Below are positions 9,206 through 18,961 of a stretch of 64,000 nt of DNA, in pieces. Position 1 is the stretch's first letter; the number at the start of each line of letters is the position of its first letter. Location of the stretch: positions 544,001-608,000 of the forward strand of contig JBEPYN010000001.1 of the NCBI GenBank assembly GCA_041641305.1, written 5' to 3'. The translations under genes and the position numbers were made by a program. Under the pieces are notes generated by a model that was not told the origin of the DNA, did not search any database, and saw only the letters and a program-made list of their open reading frames with translations. Source of the DNA: Nitrososphaerota archaeon (GTDB lineage: Archaea; Thermoproteota; Nitrososphaeria_A; Caldarchaeales; Caldarchaeaceae).

Positions 9206-10555
9206 TTATTTGACCGCCTGCATCGCATGTCTGTAGATGTGCGCGATTGCGCCGAAGAGCATCACGACTACGCCGAGGTTGAAGAGGGCGAGGTTTTTGA
9301 GACCTTCGAGATAGTTCTGAAACGCTACGAGCGAGAGTATGCCTATGACTGCTAGAAGGCCCATGATTATACGCACAGCCCATGGATATGGGAGCTGGAA
9401 GGTTATTGGCCTTGTTCTGACAGGAGGTTTCTGTGGACGTGCATAGGGTGGGGGCGCGATGAATTTGTAGCTGACTATGAAGGATGCGGCCACGAGGAAA
9501 GCCAGCAGCGGATAAAAGATCAGTGGCTCGATGTAAACGGCGGTGAAGGCGTCAACACGAGGCGTCGTGTAGAAGCCCCACACAGTTGTCACAACTATGA
9601 GAACAATTGATGATATTCCCGCGGCTGTGAAGAAGGGCCTCTCTTTCCAGCTGAGCTTCTTGGAGCGGTCGACGAAGGGAACTATGAGGAAAAAGAGGAT
9701 GAACAACAGGGGGAGGAAAGCTCCCGCAGTAAACCTCTCAAGCCCCGTCCTAAGAAACGCATAGATACTGGTGAGGTACCATTCTGGCACCTCTACGATG
9801 CCCCGCGTCGGGTCATATTTTATTCCGAGGTCGACGGGGTAAAGTCCACCTGCTATCAAGATGGCTCCTATTACGCCTGCGACAACGGGTGGGTCGAAGA
9901 CGAGGTTGCGTGGGAAGTGGACGAGGGCAAGGAGAAGCATGACCATGGGAAGAATGAAGACATGTAATGCGTAGAACCTGATGATGAGGTCGTAGAGGCC
10001 TCCGCCGAGAAGCAGAGGAGCCAGCTGCGCCCCCAAAACAGGCGCAGAGTTCGTGAGACCTACCGCAATGTTGACCGCCAGCATAGCTCTCTGGTTGAGT
10101 ATGAGGTCGTATCCTGTGAAGGCCTCGATAACTGTCACAGTTCCGAGGATTACCCCGGTCACCCATATGACCTCGTTTTTGACTTTGAACCTTCCGCTAA
10201 AGTATTGGTAGAATAGGTGGGCGATGGCGAGAAAAACCATCGCATTTGATGCGTGGTAATGGATGTTTCTTATGAAGAAGCCGAAAGCTATCTCCTCCTG
10301 AATCTGTTTCACACTGTTATAGGCTTGTGTGACGTCGGGCCTGTAGTAGAACATGAGAAGCGCACCCGTTACTCCGAGGAGAAGAAAAACTATCGCGGTT
10401 AACGTGCCGAGGTATCCGAAGGGGCTTACCGCGACACGGGGAATCTGAAACCTGAAAGTGACAATCGGAGTCCGCTCAAGCCGCTCCACAAGCCATTTGA
10501 CAAACTCGTCAAACACACGCCCCAGCGGCCCAGCCTCACTCTTCTGCTGAGACAT
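9206..10555 (-). CDS. petB: Cytochrome b (fused b6 + subunit IV type) of a Rieske/cytochrome b complex
   Basis: Four heme-ligand His (RNIHYHASN...AHLF; FYALHVF...VHF) and PEWY motif; start taken at MSQQKSE. Confidence 0.9.
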   Translation of the reverse strand: MSQQKSEAGPLGRVFDEFVKWLVERLERTPIVTFRFQIPRVAVSPFGYLGTLTAIVFLLLGVTGALLMFYYRPDVTQAYNSVKQIQEEIAFGFFIRNIHYHASNAMVFLAIAHLFYQYFSGRFKVKNEVIWVTGVILGTVTVIEAFTGYDLILNQRAMLAVNIAVGLTNSAPVLGAQLAPLLLGGGLYDLIIRFYALHVFILPMVMLLLALVHFPRNLVFDPPVVAGVIGAILIAGGLYPVDLGIKYDPTRGIVEVPEWYLTSIYAFLRTGLERFTAGAFLPLLFILFFLIVPFVDRSKKLSWKERPFFTAAGISSIVLIVVTTVWGFYTTPRVDAFTAVYIEPLIFYPLLAFLVAASFIVSYKFIAPPPYARPQKPPVRTRPITFQLPYPWAVRIIMGLLAVIGILSLVAFQNYLEGLKNLALFNLGVVVMLFGAIAHIYRHAMQAVK

Positions 10556-10642
10556 CAAAAGTAAAAATCCGTCTCGATATATAAGAGTAATTCCAAGTAA
10601 CGCTGCGGCCTCAAAGTTAAATAACAAAATCCGCTGCTCAGG

Positions 10643-11581
10643 TTGTTGAGACACGTCATCTCAGCGAAGCAGTTTGACCACGACACTCTTGCTGACATCT
10701 TCTCGACGGCTAAGATTTTGAAGAACAAGTTGTCAGAGAGGAGGGTTGTGAAACTAGCTGTTGACAGGATTTTGATGACGGTTTTTCTGGAGCCAAGCAC
10801 GAGGACGCGGCTGAGCTTTGTCTACGCCATGAAAAGGCTGGCTGGTGACGTGGTCGACTTCGGGCCCGAGGAAGTGACAAGCAGGGCTAAGGGCGAGAGT
10901 TTCGAAGATACCATGCGGATGCTCGATGGCTATGCTCCAGACGTGATTGTCCTCCGTAGCCGCGAAGTCGGAGCCGCTGAGAAAGCCTCGAAAATTGTCA
11001 GGTGCCCAGTTATAAACGCAGGCGATGGTTGGAACGAGCATCCGACACAGGCGCTGCTCGACGTCTACACAATTTGGGAGCAGCTGGGCAAAGTCGATGG
11101 ATTGAGGATAGCTATAATGGGTGACCTGAGATATGGCAGAACACCCAGCAGCCTCTCCTACCTTCTCGCAAAATACCGCGACATCACCTTCTACTATGTT
11201 GCTCCGCCTCAGCTGCAAATCCGCGAAGAAGTGCTAAAGGAAGTTTCACATCACACCGTTCATCAACTCAGCAGACTCGAGGAGATAAGGGATGAGGTTG
11301 ACGTGCTTTATGTAACACGGCTTCAGAAAGAGCGGCTTGGCGACGAAAACCTGTATCAGCAGCTTAGGGGAAGCTACGTCGTCACCGTCGACTTGTTGAA
11401 GAAGCTTAGGAAAATCCCGTTGATCATGCATCCCTTGCCCCGGGTAGATGAGCTCTCAACCGAGGTTGATGCACTTCCTCAGGCGAAATATTTTGTTCAG
11501 GCCGAGAACGGCGTCTACGTCCGCGCCGCCCTTCTCACCAAGCTGCTCAACCTCGACACATCGGTTCTACACAGCGGCTAA
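10643..11581 (+). CDS. pyrB: Aspartate carbamoyltransferase catalytic subunit
   Basis: EPSTRTRLSF, NAGDGWNEHPTQALLD, HPLPR. Confidence 0.97.
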   Translation: MLRHVISAKQFDHDTLADIFSTAKILKNKLSERRVVKLAVDRILMTVFLEPSTRTRLSFVYAMKRLAGDVVDFGPEEVTSRAKGESFEDTMRMLDGYAPDVIVLRSREVGAAEKASKIVRCPVINAGDGWNEHPTQALLDVYTIWEQLGKVDGLRIAIMGDLRYGRTPSSLSYLLAKYRDITFYYVAPPQLQIREEVLKEVSHHTVHQLSRLEEIRDEVDVLYVTRLQKERLGDENLYQQLRGSYVVTVDLLKKLRKIPLIMHPLPRVDELSTEVDALPQAKYFVQAENGVYVRAALLTKLLNLDTSVLHSG

Positions 11582-12852
11582 ACCTTCACACTTTTCGAGA
11601 ACAACCATATTCCCTGGGCAGCCGAAACAGTCACAACAGCTGCGGGAAGCAAAGCCAGCAGCGTGAAAGGATCGGTTGATATCCGTATCAGTTGGAGAGC
11701 CGATGTAGCGGCGAAGTCGATGCCAAGAATGAGTAGGAGGCCGGCGAATAATTTTCTTTTGACGCCGCCGTTGATCAACACCGTTGATATTGTTATCATG
11801 TTTACTGCTCCGAGGCCTGTGAATAAGGCGTTGAGGGAGGCTGTGGATGTCGCCGCCGCGAGAGCGAGGAGGACCGCTAGCATGGGGAGCAGCTGGTTTG
11901 GAGCTCTTCCTCCAAACATCTTAACACCGTGGCCTGTTTTGACAGCGTCGCCGACGATGCTGACAGCTGCCGCGAGAGCGATTACTTGAACAACTCTCTG
12001 AATCAGGGCCGCTGAAGCATCCACGTTGGGGAGGCCGGTCAAAGGCGTCAGGAGATTTGCCAAACTTGTGTGGAAGACGACACCATGTATGGCAAGACCG
12101 GCGGCGGCCGAGGCCATGACAGCGTCGCCAAACCTGACACTGTTTCGACTCAGGGATGGGGAAAGGGCTGCGAACGCTGCGGGGATGATTAGCAGGCTCT
12201 CGGGGCCGAGTTCAGTGCGTATGGATGTCTGTGTCCCGGACAGGGGTGAGAGAAAGAGCCCGATGATGATGAAGAGGAGGACTGCGGCTCCCACGGCTGT
12301 GAAGGCCTGAGGATAGGTTGAAGCTGTTTTGACACTTGCAGAAGCCGCTGCCAAGAGAAGAATAGTGAACATGAGTGGAGTTATTTCAGCTGGGAAAAAT
12401 GAAGCGGAAAAGTTTGAAAGGGCGGCCAGCAGCACTAGAGTGGTAGAGGCGGCTACAGCCTGTGCAGTAACCTGGCCCATTCTCGCATAGACGAGGGTAT
12501 GAAAGACGAATGCGACCAAGAAGACTGATAGCATGGGGAATTCGAGCCCGCTTTCATAGATGGTTTTTACGACCAAGGTGAGCAACAAGGTTGTTGAAGC
12601 CAATTGTGGGATGGAGTTTTTTTGGAGGCTGGGCTGGAGACGTTTCAGCCAAGGTGTGAGCAACGCCGTCGCGAGAGCAAGTCCCGCAACTGCTCCGAGG
12701 ATGGAGAAGCTGCTAAAAAAAATGGATACGAAAACAAGATAAACGTAGAGCATTGAGTAGCTTGTTTCCAGAGTCGGCTTAAGGCGGCCAATCAGAAGAA
12801 AACCCGCCGCAGCCGCAGCCAGAATAGCGGCGAAAACAAGCAGCGGCAACAA
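11578..12852 (-). CDS. Hypothetical polytopic membrane protein
   Basis: 424 aa, about 12 or more hydrophobic segments, no recognised motif. Confidence 0.7.
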   Translation of the reverse strand: MLPLLVFAAILAAAAAGFLLIGRLKPTLETSYSMLYVYLVFVSIFFSSFSILGAVAGLALATALLTPWLKRLQPSLQKNSIPQLASTTLLLTLVVKTIYESGLEFPMLSVFLVAFVFHTLVYARMGQVTAQAVAASTTLVLLAALSNFSASFFPAEITPLMFTILLLAAASASVKTASTYPQAFTAVGAAVLLFIIIGLFLSPLSGTQTSIRTELGPESLLIIPAAFAALSPSLSRNSVRFGDAVMASAAAGLAIHGVVFHTSLANLLTPLTGLPNVDASAALIQRVVQVIALAAAVSIVGDAVKTGHGVKMFGGRAPNQLLPMLAVLLALAAATSTASLNALFTGLGAVNMITISTVLINGGVKRKLFAGLLLILGIDFAATSALQLIRISTDPFTLLALLPAAVVTVSAAQGIWLFSKSVKV

Positions 12853-12979
12853 CTCACGAAAACATCCAAAACCTCATGTAATAAACCACATGGATACAAT
12901 CAAGGCCTCCAAACCGGGGCCGCGGAATGCTCGTAACACAACCAATCTTTAAAAACACCTGAGCAAAACATCCTATACA

Positions 12980-13055
12980 GGGGCCGTGGTCTAGCTTGGT
13001 CTAAGACTCCAGCCTGGGGCGCTGGCAATCCTGGGTTCAAATCCCAGCGGCCCCA
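12980..13055 (+). tRNA. tRNA-Pro (GGG)
   Basis: Acceptor GGGGCCG/CGGCCCC-A; anticodon arm CCAGC-CTGGGGC-GCTGG; T arm CTGGG-TTCAAAT-CCCAG. Confidence 0.97.
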
Positions 13056-13149
13056 CATAATTCAAAAAAGTTTAAATTTGGATAAAATTTACGTTTCTCC
13101 AAATGTGCCGCAATTGTGTTGATGCGGGTATGATTCTCTGTTTTCATAG

Positions 13150-13716
13150 GTGTGGTCCATGGAGTTAGTTGGTTTCCTAGGTCAGATAGAGCCCCCTCTT
13201 CCGCCGCCTTGGCTTGACCCCGCTGTTTTTCTGTCAAACCTTTTCTGGGTTTTCCTGCGAACGTTCACAACGTTTGTTGTCGTCTTCATTCTCGGCCTTG
13301 TCTCGCTCCGTGTAGTTGATTGGATAACTCCGGGAGTGAGGGAGATTCAGAGGATTAAGGGTCATCCGCTGGCCACCGCGCTCTTCGCCGCCGGATTCTT
13401 TGTCTACCTCTCCTTCGGCTACATCGCCTCGATGGCTTCACCCATACCCGTCGGTCTGGAGACAGGAATAGTTTCAGGCCCAAACCTCAGCCCCCTAGTC
13501 CTAATATCTTACAAACTCGTCACACTCCTCTTAGGCGTCGTCTTATCTTATGTTTTCGCAATAATCTACTACAGGGTTCTCGCGAAGGTTGAGCCGTTCG
13601 GCCTCGACTTGGACGATGTTGACAAGGAGCCTTTGGCTGTCGGCGTCTACCTCTTCGGCTACCTCGTCTTCCTGGGCGCGGTTGTCTACGTCGCGTTGAT
13701 GCTGCCGGCGGCTTGA
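13150..13716 (+). CDS. DUF350-like membrane protein
   Basis: Internal two-fold repeat (..DWITPG..EIQRIKGHPLATAL / ..EPFGLDLDDVDKEPLAVGV) typical of DUF350. Confidence 0.55.
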   Translation: MWSMELVGFLGQIEPPLPPPWLDPAVFLSNLFWVFLRTFTTFVVVFILGLVSLRVVDWITPGVREIQRIKGHPLATALFAAGFFVYLSFGYIASMASPIPVGLETGIVSGPNLSPLVLISYKLVTLLLGVVLSYVFAIIYYRVLAKVEPFGLDLDDVDKEPLAVGVYLFGYLVFLGAVVYVALMLPAA

Positions 13717-13719
13717 GCC

Positions 13720-14592
13720 ATGTCTCTTAGGGAAGGGTTTTCAACACTTTTCAAACGTCCACCGCCTATTGTGAAGCCAACCTCCGAAGTATACGCCGCA
13801 GGAGCCATAACCACCAAAACATCGAGGCTAATCATAGCCGGTGTCGCTGTCCTTTTTCTCTCGGGTTTGGCCGCATTTATCGCCCAGGGATTTTTCCAAC
13901 CACTTGCCCTTCTGGCTTATTCCCTGCTTCCGGTTGCGCTCCTGCTAGGATGGGCCATGAGGACAGACAGGTATGAGCCAGAGCCAAAGTCACTTATCCT
14001 GATGGTCATCGGCCTCGGTGGCGCCTTATCGGCTCTCTTCACGGTTGTAACCATTCCGGGCGGACTGCTCGGATACATGGTGAAAGTCTTTCTTGCTGAG
14101 CTGGTGTTTTTCCTAATCTTGGCTGGGCTGGACTCCAACAGAGTGACTGGCAGGGAGTTTAACGATCATTTGGACGGCGCGGTCTATGGCCTGGCTCTTG
14201 GAGCAGGGTTCATAGCCTACTCAAACTACTTAACGATACTGGCTGGTGGATACGCGGCACCGTTGGCGGCCACAGCTTTTGCTTTGGAGAGGCTCTTCAC
14301 CATGGTCTTCCCAGGGCTGACAGGCTGGTGGATAGGATACGTAAAGGCAAAGTATGTTTCCATTAATTTTGCATCACTTTTCGCAGGCTTTGTCCCCGTT
14401 CTGGTTCTTAGGCTTTTTTATGAGGGGTTGTTGACGGCTTTCGCCGGCTTCAGCCTCCCCGTCAGAGCTGTCTTGACGACGGTGGTGGGTGTGTTGTTTG
14501 TAGCTGTTTTGGCGAGGAGGGTTCGCTGGGCTGTTGAGGACGAGAAAATCTGGGGATATGCCGCGGGATTAGCGCCGGTGGAGAAGAAATGA
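13720..14592 (+). CDS. PrsW-family intramembrane protease homolog with degenerate catalytic motifs
   Basis: DRYEPEP, EFNDHLDGAVYG..LGAGF scaffold present; EExxK, FxxxEN and His motifs replaced. Confidence 0.75.
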   Translation: MSLREGFSTLFKRPPPIVKPTSEVYAAGAITTKTSRLIIAGVAVLFLSGLAAFIAQGFFQPLALLAYSLLPVALLLGWAMRTDRYEPEPKSLILMVIGLGGALSALFTVVTIPGGLLGYMVKVFLAELVFFLILAGLDSNRVTGREFNDHLDGAVYGLALGAGFIAYSNYLTILAGGYAAPLAATAFALERLFTMVFPGLTGWWIGYVKAKYVSINFASLFAGFVPVLVLRLFYEGLLTAFAGFSLPVRAVLTTVVGVLFVAVLARRVRWAVEDEKIWGYAAGLAPVEKK

Positions 14593-15605
14593 GGAAAGTA
14601 AAACCCGTAGCTATTCTCGCTTTGGCGGTTGTTTCGATGATGATTCTTACAACCGCATATGCCCAGGCGCCTCCACCATACATCCAGCCCGGCCTAGTCT
14701 TCGTATACCAGGTTATCAATGTTGAGAAGAACCAGCCTGAAAACGCTTTCCAGCGCTACATAATCGAGTCTGTCACCTCCCAGGCCATAACAATATCCAT
14801 AATGTCTGACATAGCTCAGTCCGGTAGGATTACCGTTAACGCCAACGGCGAGTTCAGGCCAGGCGAGAGAATAGATCTTTGGATTCCGCCGGATGTCACT
14901 GCGGGGACTCGGTTTAAGATGATGGGAGTTGACGCATACGTGGCCCGGAGAGGATATGAGATGCAAGGGTTTAAACTCACAGTTGTGGTTTCCGCCGACC
15001 AGTCAATCTTCTGGACGTTTATAGAAGATGGCCCGTCCCCATACAACCAGCTGAAAGGCCTTCTACTTTACGTATTGTTTACTTCCAGCAAGAAGGCCCT
15101 AGGCCTGGCAAGTGTTGAGCAGGCTGGGTCTGTGACGACGACTTCGACGTATAGCACGACGGTTAGGACGACCACAGCGAGGCCTGTGACCACTTCGAGG
15201 ACCACCATGATGGGAGGATCAACAGTCACAGTCGTGGAGACGGAGACGGTTACAGAAACGGTTGTAGTGACCAGAACGGTTGGCACAGCCTCTACCTACG
15301 TCACGACATCTACCCAAACAGTTAGCTTCCAAGCTGAGAGCCCACCCATCTCGCTGCCCCTAACAATCGCTATCCCAGTTGCAGCCGTCATTGTCGGAGG
15401 TGGCTTGTTCTATGTAAGGTCGAGGAGAAGGCCGCTTCCACCTACTTACCCCTATCCGAGCTATCCTCCTCCCTCACCATCGGGCGGATACTATCCGCAG
15501 CCACAGCCAGCAGTAGCCCATCCCGTCGGAGCCTGCCCAGCCTGCAGATTCCCCATTTACCCGGGTGACGCCTTCTGCAGGAGGTGCGGCTACCGCTTTG
15601 CGTAA
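14589..15605 (+). CDS. Single-pass surface protein: signal peptide, Thr-rich stalk, TM, Pro/Tyr-rich tail, C-terminal Zn ribbon
   Basis: MRKVKPVAIL signal; TTTSTYSTTV stalk; TM followed by RSRRR; CPAC...FCRRCG. Confidence 0.8.
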   Translation: MRKVKPVAILALAVVSMMILTTAYAQAPPPYIQPGLVFVYQVINVEKNQPENAFQRYIIESVTSQAITISIMSDIAQSGRITVNANGEFRPGERIDLWIPPDVTAGTRFKMMGVDAYVARRGYEMQGFKLTVVVSADQSIFWTFIEDGPSPYNQLKGLLLYVLFTSSKKALGLASVEQAGSVTTTSTYSTTVRTTTARPVTTSRTTMMGGSTVTVVETETVTETVVVTRTVGTASTYVTTSTQTVSFQAESPPISLPLTIAIPVAAVIVGGGLFYVRSRRRPLPPTYPYPSYPPPSPSGGYYPQPQPAVAHPVGACPACRFPIYPGDAFCRRCGYRFA

Positions 15606-17265
15606 AACACTCACCATGACCATTCTCGTCTTCTTTCTTGCCATGCCCTCTATTCCAGTCATTGCAGCTCAGCAAAGCGACGAGGACCCATTTGCTGGAG
15701 CCGAGCTGTGGAAGCAGAGACCTGTTTTAGGTGCTCAGCCTACTCTCGTAGCCATGGTTGAATTTTCCGACCAGAAGTTTAGACATTCACGTGCACAGGT
15801 AGAGGAAATAATAAAAATCGTGGACAACTTTGTCAGGTCCGGCTCATACGGGAGAGCCTGGCTCGAGTACTACATTCATCCAAAGGTGATAACACTTCCC
15901 AAACCACATTCATACTACGGTGCACCTTCACCTGGCGCGCAGAGAGGAGACGACCCCGCCAGACTCATAGAGTATATGAAAACGTCGATCGATATTCTTA
16001 AGACAAGAGAGAAAATAGACATAACAAAATACAAACACGTGATATTGATTCATGCTGGAGAAGATGAGGCGGATGGAACATCTCCCACCAACATCTGGTC
16101 AGTATGTTACATGGGTTTGGATTTTCAAATATTGCTGGAAAAAGGCTATAGATTCGAGGAACTCAAGGAGGTTTATAAGAAAACGCAATGGGCAGTGTAC
16201 GCCGACGCAATAGACTTTTTACTTCATAAAAAACCTGATGGCTCTTGGCATCTGCTCAATGGAGTTGAGACAGTGGCCGCTGAAGCGGGTCCTTTTCTAG
16301 CATCCACTATAGCTCATGAGTTCACACACAGCATGTGGATAAGTGACCATTATGTTTATGGGAAGGATGGATACGGCGTCGGAAACGAGGTTGGTGTATG
16401 GACTAACATGGACTACGGACCTTTCCTCGACCCGCCGGTGGACATAGACGGCTGGAGCAAGTATTTGCTTGGATGGGTTGAGGCGGTTACCGTGGAAAAA
16501 GACGGCGAATACACTATACATACCTTGGACAAGCCTGACGAACCCCACGCGCTGATAATCCCGATAAACGACAAAGAATACTATTTCATACATGCACGCA
16601 GACCCGTGAAGAATGACGCAGCCCTACCATCACCAGGCATCCTCGTCTTTAGAGTAAACAAATACATGTGGGGTAATGTTGTTGGAGAGCCTTTCATGGT
16701 CCAGCTTATGGACGCCAACCAAGGTCCACCAGAATGCGAAGAAAAAAGTAAACAATATTCAGATTCTGAAGGTTACATGACTTTATGCGTCAAGTTTGAC
16801 GCCGCCTACTTCTCCGCACCGGGGATAACAAAATCTTGGACCCTAAAGTATGTCGACGGGTCTTCGGATGGCCCATTCACCATCAATTTAAGTGGTTTCG
16901 AGTTTGTTTCTGAGGAGGGGTTCCGTGTAGCTGTTGTATCTTTTGACCCCGACGCTGGTGTTGCGAGGCTGAGAGTTGGACTTGGTGGAAAAAGTGGCGG
17001 GGAGACCTCTGTTGTAACTGTTACCCGCACAGTCACGGGAACGGTGACAAACACGTTATACACAACATCCTCCGTTGTCGGCACCGAGACAAGAACAGTT
17101 GTCGTCACAGTCACCACCAAACAAACACCCGCCCCCACATACGAGGGATACATCTCGATAGCAATAATCCTCGCGGCCCTCGTGATGATGTTAGGCCTAA
17201 TCGCTTCTAGACGTAGAAGAACACTCCCACCCCCACCACCGCCTCCACCACCCCAAGCGAGGTGA
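15598..17265 (+). CDS. M6 (immune inhibitor A-like) zinc metalloprotease, membrane anchored, paralog 1
   Basis: IHAGEDE, IWS, HEFTHSMWISDHY, WTNMDYG, WSKYLLGW; Thr stalk, TM and polyPro tail; start taken at TTG 15598. Confidence 0.85.
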   Translation: MRKTLTMTILVFFLAMPSIPVIAAQQSDEDPFAGAELWKQRPVLGAQPTLVAMVEFSDQKFRHSRAQVEEIIKIVDNFVRSGSYGRAWLEYYIHPKVITLPKPHSYYGAPSPGAQRGDDPARLIEYMKTSIDILKTREKIDITKYKHVILIHAGEDEADGTSPTNIWSVCYMGLDFQILLEKGYRFEELKEVYKKTQWAVYADAIDFLLHKKPDGSWHLLNGVETVAAEAGPFLASTIAHEFTHSMWISDHYVYGKDGYGVGNEVGVWTNMDYGPFLDPPVDIDGWSKYLLGWVEAVTVEKDGEYTIHTLDKPDEPHALIIPINDKEYYFIHARRPVKNDAALPSPGILVFRVNKYMWGNVVGEPFMVQLMDANQGPPECEEKSKQYSDSEGYMTLCVKFDAAYFSAPGITKSWTLKYVDGSSDGPFTINLSGFEFVSEEGFRVAVVSFDPDAGVARLRVGLGGKSGGETSVVTVTRTVTGTVTNTLYTTSSVVGTETRTVVVTVTTKQTPAPTYEGYISIAIILAALVMMLGLIASRRRRTLPPPPPPPPPQAR

Positions 17266-17271
17266 CAAAAT

Positions 17272-18912
17272 ATTAAAAAGAGCCTCGTCACATGCCTACT
17301 ATTAATAGCGGCCCTTCTCACATTGCCGTACTCAGCAGCCCAACAGGATGAGATCGAGTGGAATAGGCAGATACCGTTTCTCGGGGCGCAGCCGACACTT
17401 GTTATCCTCGTCCAGTTCACAGACGTGAAGCTTTCCATAACGAGGGCCCAGGCCGAGCAAATAGTCAAGATAGTTGACGACTTTGTCAGAACCGCTTCCT
17501 ATGGGAGAACATGGCTCGAATACACCATACACCCACGTGTGATAACATTGCCCAAGCCCATGTCACACTATGGAGCACCAGCCCAAGGAGCACAAAGAGG
17601 AGACGATAACCAACGTATTCTTGAGTACCATTTAACCACTATTCAGCTCGTCAAAAGGGACGGGGTAGACCTCAGCCAGTACAAACACGTCATCGTTATC
17701 CACGCTGGGAAGGATGAGGCTGTCGGCGGCACAGCCAACGATATATGGAGCCACTGCAGCTGTGTTCTTCCTAAGGTTCTTTATTTTTGGATTGAACAGG
17801 GTGGGTTTGACGCTGTAGAGTCCGGGCTTAAGAAGCAGGGGTATGATTGGGTTGTTGAGCTTTTCATGCATAGAACGCCGAACGGCGAAGGCCGTCTACT
17901 ATCGGGCATAGAGACTGTCGCAGAATATGATTTTCCCAGCGTAATGTCCCACGAGTTCACACACAGCATGTGGATAAGTGACCACTATGTTTATGAGAAG
18001 GATGGATACAGCGCGGGTAGCGAGGTTGGTGTATGGTCTAACATGGACTACGGCGCTTTCCTTGACCCGCCGGTGGACATAGACGGCTGGAGCAAATACC
18101 TATTGGGCTGGATAGAGGCCGTCACGGTTGAGAGAGACGGAGAATACATCATCCACACCCTCGACAAACCGGATGAACCCCATGCATTACTCATCCCGAT
18201 AAACGACAAAGAATACTACTTCATACACGCACGCAGACCCGTGAAAAATGATGCTGCACTGCCCGGCCCCGGTGTCCTGATCATGAAGGTTAACAAATTC
18301 AAAATCAAAAATGCTGAAGGGGAGCCTTTTATGGTGCAGCTTTTCGACGCCAACCCCGATACCCCAAATGAATGCGAACAGTATGCGGGCCAATCCAGAG
18401 ACCCGAGGAGTTTCATGTCTCTGTGTGTAAAGTTTGACGCAGCCTTCTACAGCCATGAAGGCTACAGCAATTCATGGGCCTTTAAAACTCTTGGGGGAAC
18501 CCGTGGAACTTATCAGATAGACTTGGCCAACTCCGAGTATGTTACGGAGGAGGGCTTCAGGATATCTGTAGAGTCTTTTGACGAGGGCGGCGGGGTTGCG
18601 AGGATAAGGGTGTCGCTTGGTGGACAACCTCATGATGGAGAGGGAGGAGAAACAACGGTAACCACCGTCACCCGCACAGTCACTGGAACAGCCACCGAGA
18701 CACTCTACACAACCACAACAGTCGTCGGAACACAGACGAGAACAGTCGTCGTAACCGTAACAACAGCCCAGCTCCCACACTCAACAGGAGAAGAATACAC
18801 ATCCATAGCCATCATACTCGCAGCACTCCTCTTCACCATGGCTATAATCGCGATGGGAAGAAGAAGACCGAGAACAGCTCCTCCGCCGCCTCCTCCACCT
18901 CCTACATGGTAG
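17272..18912 (+). CDS. M6 zinc metalloprotease, membrane anchored, paralog 2 (probable ATT start)
   Basis: Same motifs as paralog 1; the signal peptide is only complete if translation starts at ATT 17272 after GAGGTGA. Confidence 0.85.
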   Translation: MKKSLVTCLLLIAALLTLPYSAAQQDEIEWNRQIPFLGAQPTLVILVQFTDVKLSITRAQAEQIVKIVDDFVRTASYGRTWLEYTIHPRVITLPKPMSHYGAPAQGAQRGDDNQRILEYHLTTIQLVKRDGVDLSQYKHVIVIHAGKDEAVGGTANDIWSHCSCVLPKVLYFWIEQGGFDAVESGLKKQGYDWVVELFMHRTPNGEGRLLSGIETVAEYDFPSVMSHEFTHSMWISDHYVYEKDGYSAGSEVGVWSNMDYGAFLDPPVDIDGWSKYLLGWIEAVTVERDGEYIIHTLDKPDEPHALLIPINDKEYYFIHARRPVKNDAALPGPGVLIMKVNKFKIKNAEGEPFMVQLFDANPDTPNECEQYAGQSRDPRSFMSLCVKFDAAFYSHEGYSNSWAFKTLGGTRGTYQIDLANSEYVTEEGFRISVESFDEGGGVARIRVSLGGQPHDGEGGETTVTTVTRTVTGTATETLYTTTTVVGTQTRTVVVTVTTAQLPHSTGEEYTSIAIILAALLFTMAIIAMGRRRPRTAPPPPPPPPTW

Positions 18913-18961
18913 CCGTCGATGACCTTTATATCAACCAAGTCCGCCTCAAAAAGCGGAAAAA

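Noticed and set aside
17263-17265. Readthrough or selenocysteine at the TGA fusing the two in-frame M6 genes
   Set aside because: A strong SD and a fresh signal peptide favour re-initiation; no SECIS evidence, and the position is not catalytic.
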